A DNA stretch of 64,000 bases from an uncultured Bacteroidota bacterium. Lineage in GTDB: Bacteria; Bacteroidota; Bacteroidia; Bacteroidales; UBA12481. A program made the position numbers and the translations under genes. The notes below the pieces were generated by a model. It was not told the origin of the DNA and did not search any database. It saw only the letters and a list, made by a program, of their open reading frames with translations. The stretch covers positions 1,218,994-1,282,993 of the forward strand of contig OW818688.1 of the NCBI GenBank assembly GCA_942493265.1, read 5' to 3'. This document shows positions 37,452-46,641 of the stretch, piece after piece; within the stretch, counting starts at the first letter, position 1, and every line of letters starts with the position of its first letter.

Positions 37452-37712
37452 ATGATTAAGAAAATAGACGAAACCCCATCAGAAGCAATTTCCCGGGAGG
37501 AGGCAATTAAAAAAGCAGGGAAGTACGCTGTGTTTACCGCCGCCGCTACCATGCTTTTTTTAACTCCCAAGGCCATGGCGCTGGGAAGCCCGAACAGCCC
37601 CGGAACCGGATACCGGGATGGGGGTCCTGTTGCACCGACAAGTAGTGGCCGCTCAAATTCCCCGTTTACGAAGAATAAGGAAACCAGTTTTACAAAATCG
37701 CCCTGGCATTAA
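37452..37712 (+). CDS. Small hypothetical protein (one hydrophobic helix, Gly/Pro/Ser-rich tail)
   Basis: 86-aa ORF 25 nt after the giant gene. EEAIKKAGKYAVFTAAATMLFLTPKAMA looks like a signal or anchor sequence. No recognisable family. Confidence 0.3.
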   Translation: MIKKIDETPSEAISREEAIKKAGKYAVFTAAATMLFLTPKAMALGSPNSPGTGYRDGGPVAPTSSGRSNSPFTKNKETSFTKSPWH

Positions 37713-37975
37713 TCAGGTTGGATAGGGTGGAAGGGGAGAAGATTGTTTAGATTACCATGGCATCATTGCGTTATGGCGTTTTTATAGAGACCAGTTGGAA
37801 AGTGTAAAGATTTTGCCGTTTTCTATACATAATAGGTTGTATTTGTATAGTTAATACAAAATTCTTTACCTAATGGAATCCTGGAATCTGAGTGAACTTC
37901 CGCTTAATGTTATAAGAAACAATCGCAGCAAAAAACAAATCCAAAACCAAATTGTTATTCTAGAAAAATGGAGCA

Positions 37976-38425
37976 ATGACAAAAAGTAAAGTTACGCTGC
38001 ACCGGGTTTTTACAGCAAGCCCGGAAAAAGTATTCAGGGCATTTACTGATGCAGATGCAATGGCCTCGTGGTTGCCACCTTACGGTTTTGTTTGCAAAGT
38101 GCATAGCATGGATGTAAAAATTGGCGGGACCTATAAAATGTCTTTTACCAATTTTACTACGGGTAGCAGCCAGTCATTTGGTGGCGAATATCTGGAAATT
38201 ATACCCAATGAACTGTTGACGTATTCCGACCGGTTTGACGACCCGAATCTTCCAGGTCAAATGATTACAAAAATTGAGTTGCGGAAAGTTTTAGTTGGCA
38301 CAGAGCTTATTGCAACTCAGGAGGGAATACCAGACGTAATACCGATCGAAATGTGTTATTTGGGTTGGCAGGAATCGTTGGACAAATTAAAACGATTAGT
38401 TGAACCTAATATACCAGATGCGTGA
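37976..38425 (+). CDS. SRPBCC / AHSA1-domain protein
   Basis: LHRVFTASPEKVFRAFTDADAMASWLPPYGF...GGTYKMSF...GGEYLEIIPNELLTYS is typical of Aha1/START-like SRPBCC proteins. Confidence 0.8.
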   Translation: MTKSKVTLHRVFTASPEKVFRAFTDADAMASWLPPYGFVCKVHSMDVKIGGTYKMSFTNFTTGSSQSFGGEYLEIIPNELLTYSDRFDDPNLPGQMITKIELRKVLVGTELIATQEGIPDVIPIEMCYLGWQESLDKLKRLVEPNIPDA

Positions 38426-38449
38426 ATTTTTAAGAAAAGAATAAAAAAT

Positions 38450-38869
38450 ATGGCAAAGCAAATATTTATCAATATAGCAGTGAAAGACCTTCAGAAATCG
38501 ATGGACTTTTATACTGCATTGGGATTTTCAAATAATCCGCAATTTTCCGACGACTCCGGCAAATGTATGGTTTGGAGTGACGATATCTTTGTCATGATTA
38601 TGACGCACGAAAAATTTAAATCCTTTGCAACCAAGCCCGTCGCAGATACAAAATCAAATTTAGCCGGGATCTTTTCATTAGCTGTCGACAGTCTTGAGGA
38701 AGTAAACAGCATTATGACCAATGGACTGAAATCAGGTGGAACCGAGCCAAGCGAAATGAAAGATTATGGATTTATGCAACAGCGTACTATAGAAGATTTT
38801 GACGGTCATACCTGGGAGATTTTCTATATGGATATGACTAAATTTCCAACAGAACCCTCAAACGGGTAA
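38450..38869 (+). CDS. VOC (glyoxalase/bleomycin-resistance fold) family protein
   Basis: FINIAVKDLQKSMDFYTALGF...DFDGHTWEIFYMD is typical of VOC-family small proteins. Confidence 0.8.
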   Translation: MAKQIFINIAVKDLQKSMDFYTALGFSNNPQFSDDSGKCMVWSDDIFVMIMTHEKFKSFATKPVADTKSNLAGIFSLAVDSLEEVNSIMTNGLKSGGTEPSEMKDYGFMQQRTIEDFDGHTWEIFYMDMTKFPTEPSNG

Positions 38870-38885
38870 AGGAATAAGCTGTTTG

Positions 38886-40772
38886 TTATGCACCCTGCAA
38901 TCTCACCGTAATTTCGATGCTGCTGTTTTTATCCATTAATTCAACAGGAATTCTGAGTTCAATCCTTTTCAGGTTATTGATCTGTTTATCCAGTTTGTGA
39001 GGTGGCGGATCGAGCGACACCACGGTAAATCTGATATCGGGATGTGAATGATTGATGAGCTTTAACATCCTGCCGTCCTGTTTCAGTATTGCTCCACCAT
39101 CAACGATCTCCACCTCGGCGCAGGTGATCAGCTGCCAGGTTACAACCTTCGTATTCTCATCAGGAATGATCTCATCTTTAATTAGCAGGGATCTCTTAGT
39201 GTCTTTGGTAAACGTTCTGAAAGCACTTTTTAGCTGTCCTGTAAAAGTGGGACTCAGGTCGAAGGTAACGAACGGCTTTTTTCCGGTTTGGTAATCCTTC
39301 ACCAGCGCATAACCGTCAACAATGTGGCGCTTGTCATCCACCGTAAGGGTGCTGTGCCCGTGATTGTTTTTGGTCAGTAATTCCCAACGCTGGCAATCCT
39401 GGCACTGCCGCCAAAGGTCAAAACCCTCCTCGCCGATCATATAGGACTGGATGCCCGGATCGATACTCCAGCGCACGCCATTGAGTTCAAAAATGAAGGA
39501 TCCGGCGTCCATGTTGCCATGACTGACCGCGCCACATCCGCCTTTTGCAGCAAAATAATAGTCGCTGTTCTTGCCTTCGCCCCTGAATACCGCGATGGGT
39601 GTTCTGCCTTTACCCACCCAATTTGTCGGTGGTTTTTCGGTAGATGTTTCCTCATATTGGGATAACCAGGACATGGCAGCTCCTGTTAAGTAGCTTATCC
39701 TCATATTCTTGGCCGGCGTGAGGAACTTGTCTTTTTCGAAATACACGCTTTTACCTGTCTGAGCTGCAAACCAGGCTATGAATATCTCCCCGTCAACTTC
39801 CGGATAGTCCTTGCAATCGGCAAAATTGTAATACCCTCCGGAGGGTAGATTAGAGGTCTGGTACTTATAGGTTGCGCTTTGCATAAAACCGGGGTATTCG
39901 GAATGCCCGAAGTCGGAACCAAAGGCGGTCCGGAGTATTGAAATGGTTAAAATGGTATAGCCGGTGCCATACTCCCAGTACATCGGGCTTTCGGGGTAAA
40001 TACCATCGGGCATATACGACGACAATACATTTGGCAAACCGTCGAGTGCCCTTTTGATGGTTTTCCCGGCCAGCTCCGGATCCTCTTCGGCTATGGCTAT
40101 CGAAGCTGCGATCAGGCTGCCGTTGCAAACCTGGTTCCAGTTATTATAGTGATCGACCCACCAGGCATTCTGTTTAATACCGCCATGTTCTTCCCAGCTG
40201 GGGTAAATTCCCTTTTCGATCAATGCCTTTTTTGCCTCTCTGATAGTGGATTCCGGCAAATCACCCAAAGTCCAGTCGAGGGCCAGCGAAACAGCCATGC
40301 TGATTTCTGCAACATCCAGATATACAGGAGGATTCCAGTCGGTGAAGCGGCTGGCTGCCAGAACTTCCTGATTGATGCGTTCCAGGATTACCGGATCTTT
40401 TTCCACCAGGTAAACTACTCCAAGCATATTTATCCGGCGCAGCAGATCCCGGGAAATATCCAGGATCGAATTGCTGTTCTGAACCCTTTTAATGAGCGGT
40501 TTATCCAGTATGGCAAAGGCGTTCAGACGGATTGCCGCATACAAATTCCCGATAACCGGATCTGTTTTTATTTTGCCTTTGAAACCGGTCAGTATCGACT
40601 CATTATAGATCAGGCGCGGCTTTGATTTTGTCAGGTTTTCACGGATATACGATACCGTAAAGGGATTTTGAAGTTTCGGGATATTCGGGTCCTTAATTTG
40701 GGGAAGGGCAGGGGTTACCTGAATCATTAACAGAGCGATGAGGATCGACGGTATTGATTGAGTCTTATTCAT
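38886..40772 (-). CDS. Heparinase II/III-like polysaccharide lyase
   Basis: 628 aa with a signal peptide and an N-terminal alpha-toroid. The C-terminal block GGCGAVSHGNMDAGSFIFELNGVRWSIDPG...NNHGHSTLTVDDK matches the heparinase II/III domain pattern. Confidence 0.75.
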   Translation of the reverse strand: MNKTQSIPSILIALLMIQVTPALPQIKDPNIPKLQNPFTVSYIRENLTKSKPRLIYNESILTGFKGKIKTDPVIGNLYAAIRLNAFAILDKPLIKRVQNSNSILDISRDLLRRINMLGVVYLVEKDPVILERINQEVLAASRFTDWNPPVYLDVAEISMAVSLALDWTLGDLPESTIREAKKALIEKGIYPSWEEHGGIKQNAWWVDHYNNWNQVCNGSLIAASIAIAEEDPELAGKTIKRALDGLPNVLSSYMPDGIYPESPMYWEYGTGYTILTISILRTAFGSDFGHSEYPGFMQSATYKYQTSNLPSGGYYNFADCKDYPEVDGEIFIAWFAAQTGKSVYFEKDKFLTPAKNMRISYLTGAAMSWLSQYEETSTEKPPTNWVGKGRTPIAVFRGEGKNSDYYFAAKGGCGAVSHGNMDAGSFIFELNGVRWSIDPGIQSYMIGEEGFDLWRQCQDCQRWELLTKNNHGHSTLTVDDKRHIVDGYALVKDYQTGKKPFVTFDLSPTFTGQLKSAFRTFTKDTKRSLLIKDEIIPDENTKVVTWQLITCAEVEIVDGGAILKQDGRMLKLINHSHPDIRFTVVSLDPPPHKLDKQINNLKRIELRIPVELMDKNSSIEITVRLQGA

Positions 40773-40773
40773 T

Positions 40774-41001
40774 TTACCTGAGTTTTAATTGATATTTTTT
40801 GGTCAGGCCATCCAGCATCAAGGTGGCGATTGAAGCACTCATGCAGTAGTCGGGGATGCCCAGCGGCTTTCCGGTCATCGAATCGTAATGTTCGCTGATC
40901 CCGTTTCGGATGGCATTTTCAACCATTCCGAAAGCCAGACTTCCGGATGTTTGGATAAATCTCCGTCTTGAAAAGCCCATTTTCTTAATATCCTCCATCA
41001 T
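40774..41001 (-). pseudogene. 75-aa relic: Tat signal fused directly to the C-terminal tail of an (alpha/alpha)6 glycosidase
   Basis: MGFSRRRFIQTSGSLAFG (twin-arginine signal) is followed immediately by VENAIRNGISEHYDSMTGKPLGIPDYCMSASIATLMLDGL. That segment resembles the extreme C-terminus of GH63/GH37-like toroid enzymes, and the catalytic body is missing. Confidence 0.5.
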
Positions 41002-41090
41002 TACCGGTGAGATTGGCTGACTCTCTGATTTCTTACCTCAACCCCTACTGCACCGGGTTAAAGGTATATGCCTGAATGGAATTCCTTGCT

Positions 41091-41121
41091 TACCAAATTG
41101 ATAGAATTGGATACTAACTTG
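41091..41121 (-). promoter_or_regulatory. Conserved 31-bp operon-leader motif, copy 3 (upstream of the relic ORF and heparinase-like lyase)
   Basis: Minus-sense CAAGTTAGTAtccaattctatCAATTTGGTA, 90 nt upstream of the ATG at 41001. Confidence 0.6.
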
Positions 41122-41236
41122 CCTGTCCTGACCAGATGAAGCCAGCAAGTGCCAAAATAGTGTATAAGGTTGCAAAACAACTATCGTACAATTACAATTA
41201 TTTGGCATAACATAACAGACAATATTTATTTAATAC

Positions 41237-42424
41237 ATGATCAACAGAATTTGTTTCAATCGGATAGCAGCGATAATAATGGCCTTCAGCCTGGCAGCCT
41301 GTCAGACCCGGGAGGATTCAAAAAGCTGGACCTTTGTCAGCATGCCGGACTTTATTAATGTGGATTGCGATTATCCGCAGCCCAACTGGGAGGATGCGCT
41401 GTCCTGTATACTCGGGTCCGTCAAAAAGGAGAATCCCGATTTTCTTATTGTCGGCGGAGACATGGTCATGGGGGAATGGGACGGAACGGACTGGAACGAC
41501 CGGGATTCCATCAGCAAATATGCAGAACGTTATTATCCGGCATGGATAAACCGGATGAAAGACCATGGACTTAAATACTATACTGCGATCGGCGATCATG
41601 AAATCGGGGATAATGACTGGCCCACTGAAAAGCGGCTCCATGCAGTAAAAATCTATAAAGAGGCATTTGCCAGATACTTCAGAATGCCTGAAAATGGTCC
41701 TCCCCACATGCAGGGATCTGCATATTGGTGGAGGCACAGGAATGTTCTCTTTGTTTCGCTGGACCTTTTTGAAGAGGGTCAAAGTCGTAATGGATTAATA
41801 AAGATTGGGGTAACCGGCGAGCAGCTGAGCTGGTTCAGGAAAATTCTGTCAGAAAATGCTGATGCAGATCACCGGATTGTGGTGGGACACGCCCCTATTC
41901 TCGGACCTGTCAGAAAATGGAGCTCCAGTGCACTGATGGTCGACGGAGGCCGGGAATCCGAACTCTGGCAAACCATGAAAGAATACCAGGTGGATGCATA
42001 TTTATGCGGGGAGGTTCATGCCATAACCTGCACGGAGCGGGATGGTATCATGCAGATTGCGCATGGAGGATTGATCGGATATAATACCCGGACCAACTAC
42101 CTGGTGGCTCATGTGAGCAAATCGAAAATCGAAATCGAAATCAAGGAGATCGATCTGTTACCAACCGGTGAACATCTGTGGCAGCCCCAATCCAACCGGC
42201 CGCTCGATCATGTGAGCATTTCGGCGGAGAATAAGGCACGGGGGTTTGTACCAGTCGGGACCCTGACCATCAATAAAAAAGGGGGCAAAGAGTTTACTAA
42301 CCGTAAAGGCTACTTTCTTAAAGAGTATGAGACCAGTGATGAAACGGCCGTACCGATATTCAAAAAAGACAATAGCAGGGGACTGCCCACGGAGTTGCCC
42401 CGGATAACCTTAAAAAGTTCGTAA
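41237..42424 (+). CDS. Calcineurin-like metallophosphoesterase lipoprotein
   Basis: Lipobox AFSLAAC. Metallophosphoesterase motifs VGGDMVMGEW, GDHEIGDNDW, VVGHAPILGP and CGEVHA. Confidence 0.8.
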   Translation: MINRICFNRIAAIIMAFSLAACQTREDSKSWTFVSMPDFINVDCDYPQPNWEDALSCILGSVKKENPDFLIVGGDMVMGEWDGTDWNDRDSISKYAERYYPAWINRMKDHGLKYYTAIGDHEIGDNDWPTEKRLHAVKIYKEAFARYFRMPENGPPHMQGSAYWWRHRNVLFVSLDLFEEGQSRNGLIKIGVTGEQLSWFRKILSENADADHRIVVGHAPILGPVRKWSSSALMVDGGRESELWQTMKEYQVDAYLCGEVHAITCTERDGIMQIAHGGLIGYNTRTNYLVAHVSKSKIEIEIKEIDLLPTGEHLWQPQSNRPLDHVSISAENKARGFVPVGTLTINKKGGKEFTNRKGYFLKEYETSDETAVPIFKKDNSRGLPTELPRITLKSS

Positions 42425-42459
42425 CCGGAAAGGCGAGGCGCCATGGGTCAGGTAACCTT

Positions 42460-43341
42460 TTAATCATTTTCTTCATAGTAATAGGAATAGTCAATCCCTT
42501 TCATAAACATTTCACGGTCATTTATTTGGGAAGTGAGGGCATTATTCAATAGAGTCTTCAGAGTATTGTTTTTTGTTGGACTTAGCATCATTGCATTCAT
42601 ATAGTCTCGTTTACTTATTTTACTCCAATCAATACATTTTTTAAGGCGTTTTTTTAGCATCAAATCCAACCATATTCGTGTGCTTCTGCCGTTACCTTCC
42701 ATAAAAGGGTGTGCAATGTTCATTTCAATATATTTGTTTACGATATCGTCAAATGAAGTTTCGGGCATTGCTTCTATTTGCTTTAATGTGTCACCTAAAA
42801 ATCGTGATACAGCAAATTGAAAACCACCTTTGGAAATGTTTTTTTGTCTTATTTGGCCAGCAAAATCATATAATCCACCAAATAAATAAGCGTGAATTTG
42901 TTGTAACCCTTTGGTTGTCCCAACTTCTATACTGTCGATAAATGAACTGTCAAATAGCGCATACGCTTTTGTCTTGCTTTTGCCGTCAATACTTTCATTA
43001 CTATATGTAAACCATTCAATAAATCGGTTTGCTTTTTTACTTGGAAATTCTTTCCCCAAAGCGATAATGCCATTGTAATCTAACATATCGGTTAAATATC
43101 GTTTACCGTCATTTGCTAAAAGTTTCAGTTGGGTAGTTGCACTAACCAACTCATTTTTTTCTTTTTTCAATTTGGCCTTAAGATATTTCCAATAATTACG
43201 AGTCTTTGTATAGTCGTTTTGGTCGGTAAGCACTGCAACAATATCCAACACCGAAAACCACCACTTGGAATTTTCTTCATCCCAAACAGCTCGTACTTCG
43301 CGGTCATCAAAGAAACGAATGGATATTTTTGTGTTACTCAT
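42460..43341 (-). CDS. Fic-domain protein with N-terminal Bro-N-like domain
   Basis: Fic motif [14 protein letters not shown]. The N-terminus [29 protein letters not shown] resembles the Bro-N / antirepressor N-terminal fold. Confidence 0.85.
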   Translation of the reverse strand: MSNTKISIRFFDDREVRAVWDEENSKWWFSVLDIVAVLTDQNDYTKTRNYWKYLKAKLKKEKNELVSATTQLKLLANDGKRYLTDMLDYNGIIALGKEFPSKKANRFIEWFTYSNESIDGKSKTKAYALFDSSFIDSIEVGTTKGLQQIHAYLFGGLYDFAGQIRQKNISKGGFQFAVSRFLGDTLKQIEAMPETSFDDIVNKYIEMNIAHPFMEGNGRSTRIWLDLMLKKRLKKCIDWSKISKRDYMNAMMLSPTKNNTLKTLLNNALTSQINDREMFMKGIDYSYYYEEND

Positions 43342-43426
43342 TATTAAATCTCTTCTGTTTTACAGTTATTTTTCACGAAGGTATTGTAATTTTTGTTTTT
43401 AAGTAATAGTCTTGGGCTCTTCTCAG

Positions 43427-43574
43427 AACGAACGCTAACTGACGGAACTACATGCTGTTGACGACTGCGGGCGGTTTTCCTGTCGAGCCGTACTGCCGCT
43501 GTTGCGGGCAACATGGCTTGTTGTCGGTACGGAAACGGCAATTGACATATAGTTTTTGTTAATGGCTGACGTTC
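43427..43574 (-). repeat. attC-like ~148-bp imperfect-palindrome repeat I (abuts the stop codon of the GyrI-like gene)
   Basis: Minus-sense it starts ...ccaTTAAC next to the stop and ends GTTAGCG. It is GC-rich within an AT-rich island. It has internal stems with bulged bases (e.g. TGC(C)CGC-AACA-GCGGCA). The core 43457-43512 aligns by eye at ~65-70% with 44117-44172. Confidence 0.45.
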
Positions 43575-44060
43575 TCATTTCGTCTGTATTGGTATCCATA
43601 TTTCTTCTTCCGAATCAGGGTCGGCATTTTTGTATTTGTCTCCTAATACTTCAAAATGTGGTCTGTCGTCCAACATGTAAACCGAATTTGGAAGCCAAAC
43701 GCCAAAAATATACTGGAAGATACTATTGTCGGTGCTTGAACCTTTATAGTCGAAAACAGCGTAAAGTCCGGCTGTCAGTGTAAACGTTTCCATCTCGTTT
43801 GGCACCTGCTCAAAGTTAGTTACTTCAACTGCCGCCCACTTTTCAAAGTCATTTGTTGGTTTAAAGTCTGCAAAATGTGTTGGCTTATAAATTGCCATTG
43901 AAATAAAATCATTTGTCAGGTTGTTGGTTATTTCTTTACGTCTGGGCATAAAGCTTCTCCACAATTCTCCTGTCTTGTTGTCAGATAAACTCATTGTTAG
44001 TCGTTTACCTACTAGTTTCTTCTCATTTGATATCTCAATTCTTGGTTCCATTTTGCTCAT
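43575..44060 (-). CDS. GyrI-like small-molecule-binding domain protein
   Basis: 161 aa. IEISNEKKLVGKRLTMS...GLYAVFDYKGS...HFEVLGDKY is typical of GyrI/SbmC-like effector-binding domains. Confidence 0.75.
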   Translation of the reverse strand: MSKMEPRIEISNEKKLVGKRLTMSLSDNKTGELWRSFMPRRKEITNNLTNDFISMAIYKPTHFADFKPTNDFEKWAAVEVTNFEQVPNEMETFTLTAGLYAVFDYKGSSTDNSIFQYIFGVWLPNSVYMLDDRPHFEVLGDKYKNADPDSEEEIWIPIQTK

Positions 44061-44084
44061 ATTGTCTTGGTAGTGTGTCTTTTT

Positions 44085-44229
44085 ACGCTTGCCGTTAACG
44101 CTTGGCGGTATGAAAAGTTGGGGATTGCGGGCTTCGTCCCTGTCTGCCGTTACTAAAGCCGATGCTGGGCAGAATGCTTAACATAACCATTGAACCCCCA
44201 ATGTTTTATACTTGATGTTAGCCGCTGGC
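44085..44229 (-). repeat. attC-like ~145-bp imperfect-palindrome repeat II (4 nt from the stop codon of the isochorismatase-family gene)
   Basis: Terminal inverted segments GCTTGCCGTTAAC (44087-44099) and GTTAGCCGCTGGC (44217-44229) give 9 WC + 2 GU of 13. Minus-sense ends are ggCTAAC ... GTTAACG. The core is related to repeat I. Confidence 0.45.
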
Positions 44230-44233
44230 ATTT

Positions 44234-44731
44234 TTATTTTTGATCTAACAAGTTATTCAAATTATTTATTTTACTGCCATTTTTTTCGTAATACTTCAGC
44301 ATTTCGTCAATTTTCCTTTTATCATAACTTGTGATACAATCTGATAAGACTGTAACTTTGTAGTTTTTCTTGCACATATTAAATACGGTTGATTTCACGC
44401 AGGCAATGGCGTCTGCTCCTGTAATGTAAAATTCGCTAATCTCATTTTTCTTGATAAAGTCTGCAAAATCTTCGCTGGTCAATGCGTTGCCTTTGGATTT
44501 TTCAAAAATGTTTGTGGAAACTAATTTCATGTCCGAAACTAATTCAGACCCACGAGTATTTGGTTTGAAAGTCCTTGTGCCATCAGATAAGTTATAATGC
44601 CTTATGTAAACGACATGAATTTCATTTTCCACTGCCCAATCTATTGCCCGATTAACATTGTCAATGATTTCTTTGTAGTTTTTAGTAATGTCATTTTGAA
44701 TGTCAATTACCACTAAAGACTTATTCTGCAT
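44234..44731 (-). CDS. Isochorismatase-family cysteine hydrolase
   Basis: LVVIDIQNDITKNY (catalytic Asp region) and ITGADAIACVKSTV (catalytic Cys). Confidence 0.8.
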   Translation of the reverse strand: MQNKSLVVIDIQNDITKNYKEIIDNVNRAIDWAVENEIHVVYIRHYNLSDGTRTFKPNTRGSELVSDMKLVSTNIFEKSKGNALTSEDFADFIKKNEISEFYITGADAIACVKSTVFNMCKKNYKVTVLSDCITSYDKRKIDEMLKYYEKNGSKINNLNNLLDQK

Positions 44732-44911
44732 GGGATTTCCTTCTTTTATTTTTATGTTTTGGTCAAATTTTCTATTTCATTGTCCATCGCACTGTCGCTT
44801 ATTCGCTTGCGGCTTACGTGTCGCTATCCGCATTGCGTATATCTGAGATTTATCTGAATCCGGTTTATGTTATTGTAAATCATATTTATATCATGTCGTA
44901 AAAGTTTCTTT

Positions 44912-45382
44912 TTATTCTACTTTGCACGTTGGATTACACTTCACTTCAAAATTTACAGAGTTGGCTATATAGCAAATTTCGTGAGCTTTGTGATGTAGCT
45001 CGATTGCCTTTTCAACCATACTTTCATCGGCTACAAAGAAAATTGGATTCAGGCTAACTTCGCTGAAACTTCCGCCACCACTTTCCTTTTCAATCATTAT
45101 GCCAGTGGCATTGTCGGTGTAAGAGGTAATTAAAATTCCTTCTATTGCACATAGATACAAGTAAGAAAGCAGGTGGCATGATGATATGGCGGTAACCAAT
45201 AAATCCTCAGGATTCAATTTTGTTTTATCGCCAACAGCGGCATTATCTGTGGTAAGAAATAATTCTGGTTTTCCTGGTATGGTAACGGTGTGGCTACGAT
45301 CGTAGGTTCGTACATTTTTTGTTCCTTCACCTTTATTCCCGGTCCATACCGCAGTTAGCTTGTAGTTATGTTCGTGTGTCAT
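44912..45382 (-). CDS. OsmC/Ohr-family protein
   Basis: PEDLLVTAISSCHLLSYLYLCA and ...HHKAHEICYIANSV are OsmC-like blocks. The start at MTHEHNYK (45382) is preferred; the ORF opens at 45430. Confidence 0.75.
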   Translation of the reverse strand: MTHEHNYKLTAVWTGNKGEGTKNVRTYDRSHTVTIPGKPELFLTTDNAAVGDKTKLNPEDLLVTAISSCHLLSYLYLCAIEGILITSYTDNATGIMIEKESGGGSFSEVSLNPIFFVADESMVEKAIELHHKAHEICYIANSVNFEVKCNPTCKVE

Positions 45383-45476
45383 TATCGTTTTTGTTTCTTT
45401 ACATTCGCTTGAAAAAAATACCAGTAGCAACAGATAAAAAGCATCTTCATTTTAAAGTCTGGATTTACGGATAGGT

Positions 45477-46046
45477 TCAAACCCTGAGCGATCCCCGGAA
45501 ACCCCTAACTCCATAGTAGGAATCCGCGCCGTTGTGGTAAACGAAAACATGGTTGTACCGGCGATCGCAGAAAATGGCTCCCCCAAGTTTCCTGATTTCA
45601 GTAGGTGTTTTCACCCAGCTTGAGGTTTTGGTATCGAAATTACCCAGTTTCTGCAACTCCCGGTATTGTTCTTCCGTTAGAAGGTCAATTCCCATGGCAG
45701 CCGCCATATCCAGTGCGTTGTTTGCCGGTTTGTATTCCTTCCTGGATTCCAGCGCCTCCCGGTCATAGCAGATGCTCCGGCGGCTCTTGGGACTTTCGGG
45801 AGCACAATCATAAAAGATAAATTCACCCGTACGGGCATCCATATCAACCACATCCGGTTCACCGCCTGTTGTTTCCATTTCATTGAGCGACCAGAGTTTT
45901 TCAGTATTTGCTTCCAGCCTGGCCTGTATTCCGGACCATTCCATACCCGGATGGCGGTTACTGTTTTTTCCGAAGCGGGCTTTCAGGGTGCCGAGCAGTT
46001 CTTCGCGCTGTTCCGGCGACAATTCTTTTTTGTTTTCCATGGCCAT
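45477..46046 (-). CDS. DUF4256-like protein
   Basis: LKARFGKNSNRHPGMEWSGIQARLEANTEKLWSLNEMETTGGEPDVV matches my recollection of the DUF4256 family. No functional motif. Confidence 0.6.
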   Translation of the reverse strand: MAMENKKELSPEQREELLGTLKARFGKNSNRHPGMEWSGIQARLEANTEKLWSLNEMETTGGEPDVVDMDARTGEFIFYDCAPESPKSRRSICYDREALESRKEYKPANNALDMAAAMGIDLLTEEQYRELQKLGNFDTKTSSWVKTPTEIRKLGGAIFCDRRYNHVFVYHNGADSYYGVRGFRGSLRV

Positions 46047-46148
46047 TTTTTGTTTTATGAATTCATTACCAGTTAAACGCTTTCAGGACGATTTTGATTT
46101 GGGCTAGTTGTTCAGCTGATAACTTTGGCCGGCTTTGATGTCGGGTAA

Positions 46149-46598
46149 TCACATTTTTTTATACTCTATTATTTTTATAACATCTTCAATCTGTTCAATT
46201 CTTGTCATTTTAATTACCAGTGGAATCAATTTACCAATATTTTTACTTTGACTAAATTCCTCTTTAATAGTCTTGTCAATATTAAGTTCGGTGATTCCTG
46301 AACCATTTTTTTCTGTAAAATAGAACCCCAATTTGAAATGCATTTTCCAAATTGATAACCAAAACACTGTTTTCTTTTTATAACAAACCTTACATAACCA
46401 GGATTTCCCATCATTATAATATTTCCATTCCGGAGTTAATCCCAAATCAGAATCTGTAATAGTTTCAATAAACTGATTAAAGACTTTATAAATATCCTCT
46501 CCAAGTGCATTTTCCAGAACTTCCTTTGATGGATATATACTGGAATCTTTTAACAAAATTTCTTCCATTTGTAAATCGTTGTAAATGAACCAACCCAA
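46149..46598 (-). CDS. DUF3788-like protein
   Basis: PEWKYYNDGKSWLCKVCYKKKTVFWLSIWKMHFKLGFYFTEKN resembles the DUF3788 family. Alternative start MEEILLK at 46568. Confidence 0.55.
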   Translation of the reverse strand: MGWFIYNDLQMEEILLKDSSIYPSKEVLENALGEDIYKVFNQFIETITDSDLGLTPEWKYYNDGKSWLCKVCYKKKTVFWLSIWKMHFKLGFYFTEKNGSGITELNIDKTIKEEFSQSKNIGKLIPLVIKMTRIEQIEDVIKIIEYKKM

Positions 46599-46641
46599 AT
46601 TTACATTTTCTTTTCTGTAACATCAATGGCTTCCTGATTGC

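Noticed and set aside
42425-46641. Calling the small-gene island a bona fide integron.
   Set aside because: There is no intI integrase or attI in the window. The terminal boxes match RYYYAAC/GTTRRRY only partially, and three of five junctions have only short remnants. It is therefore reported only as an attC-like/CALIN-like hypothesis.
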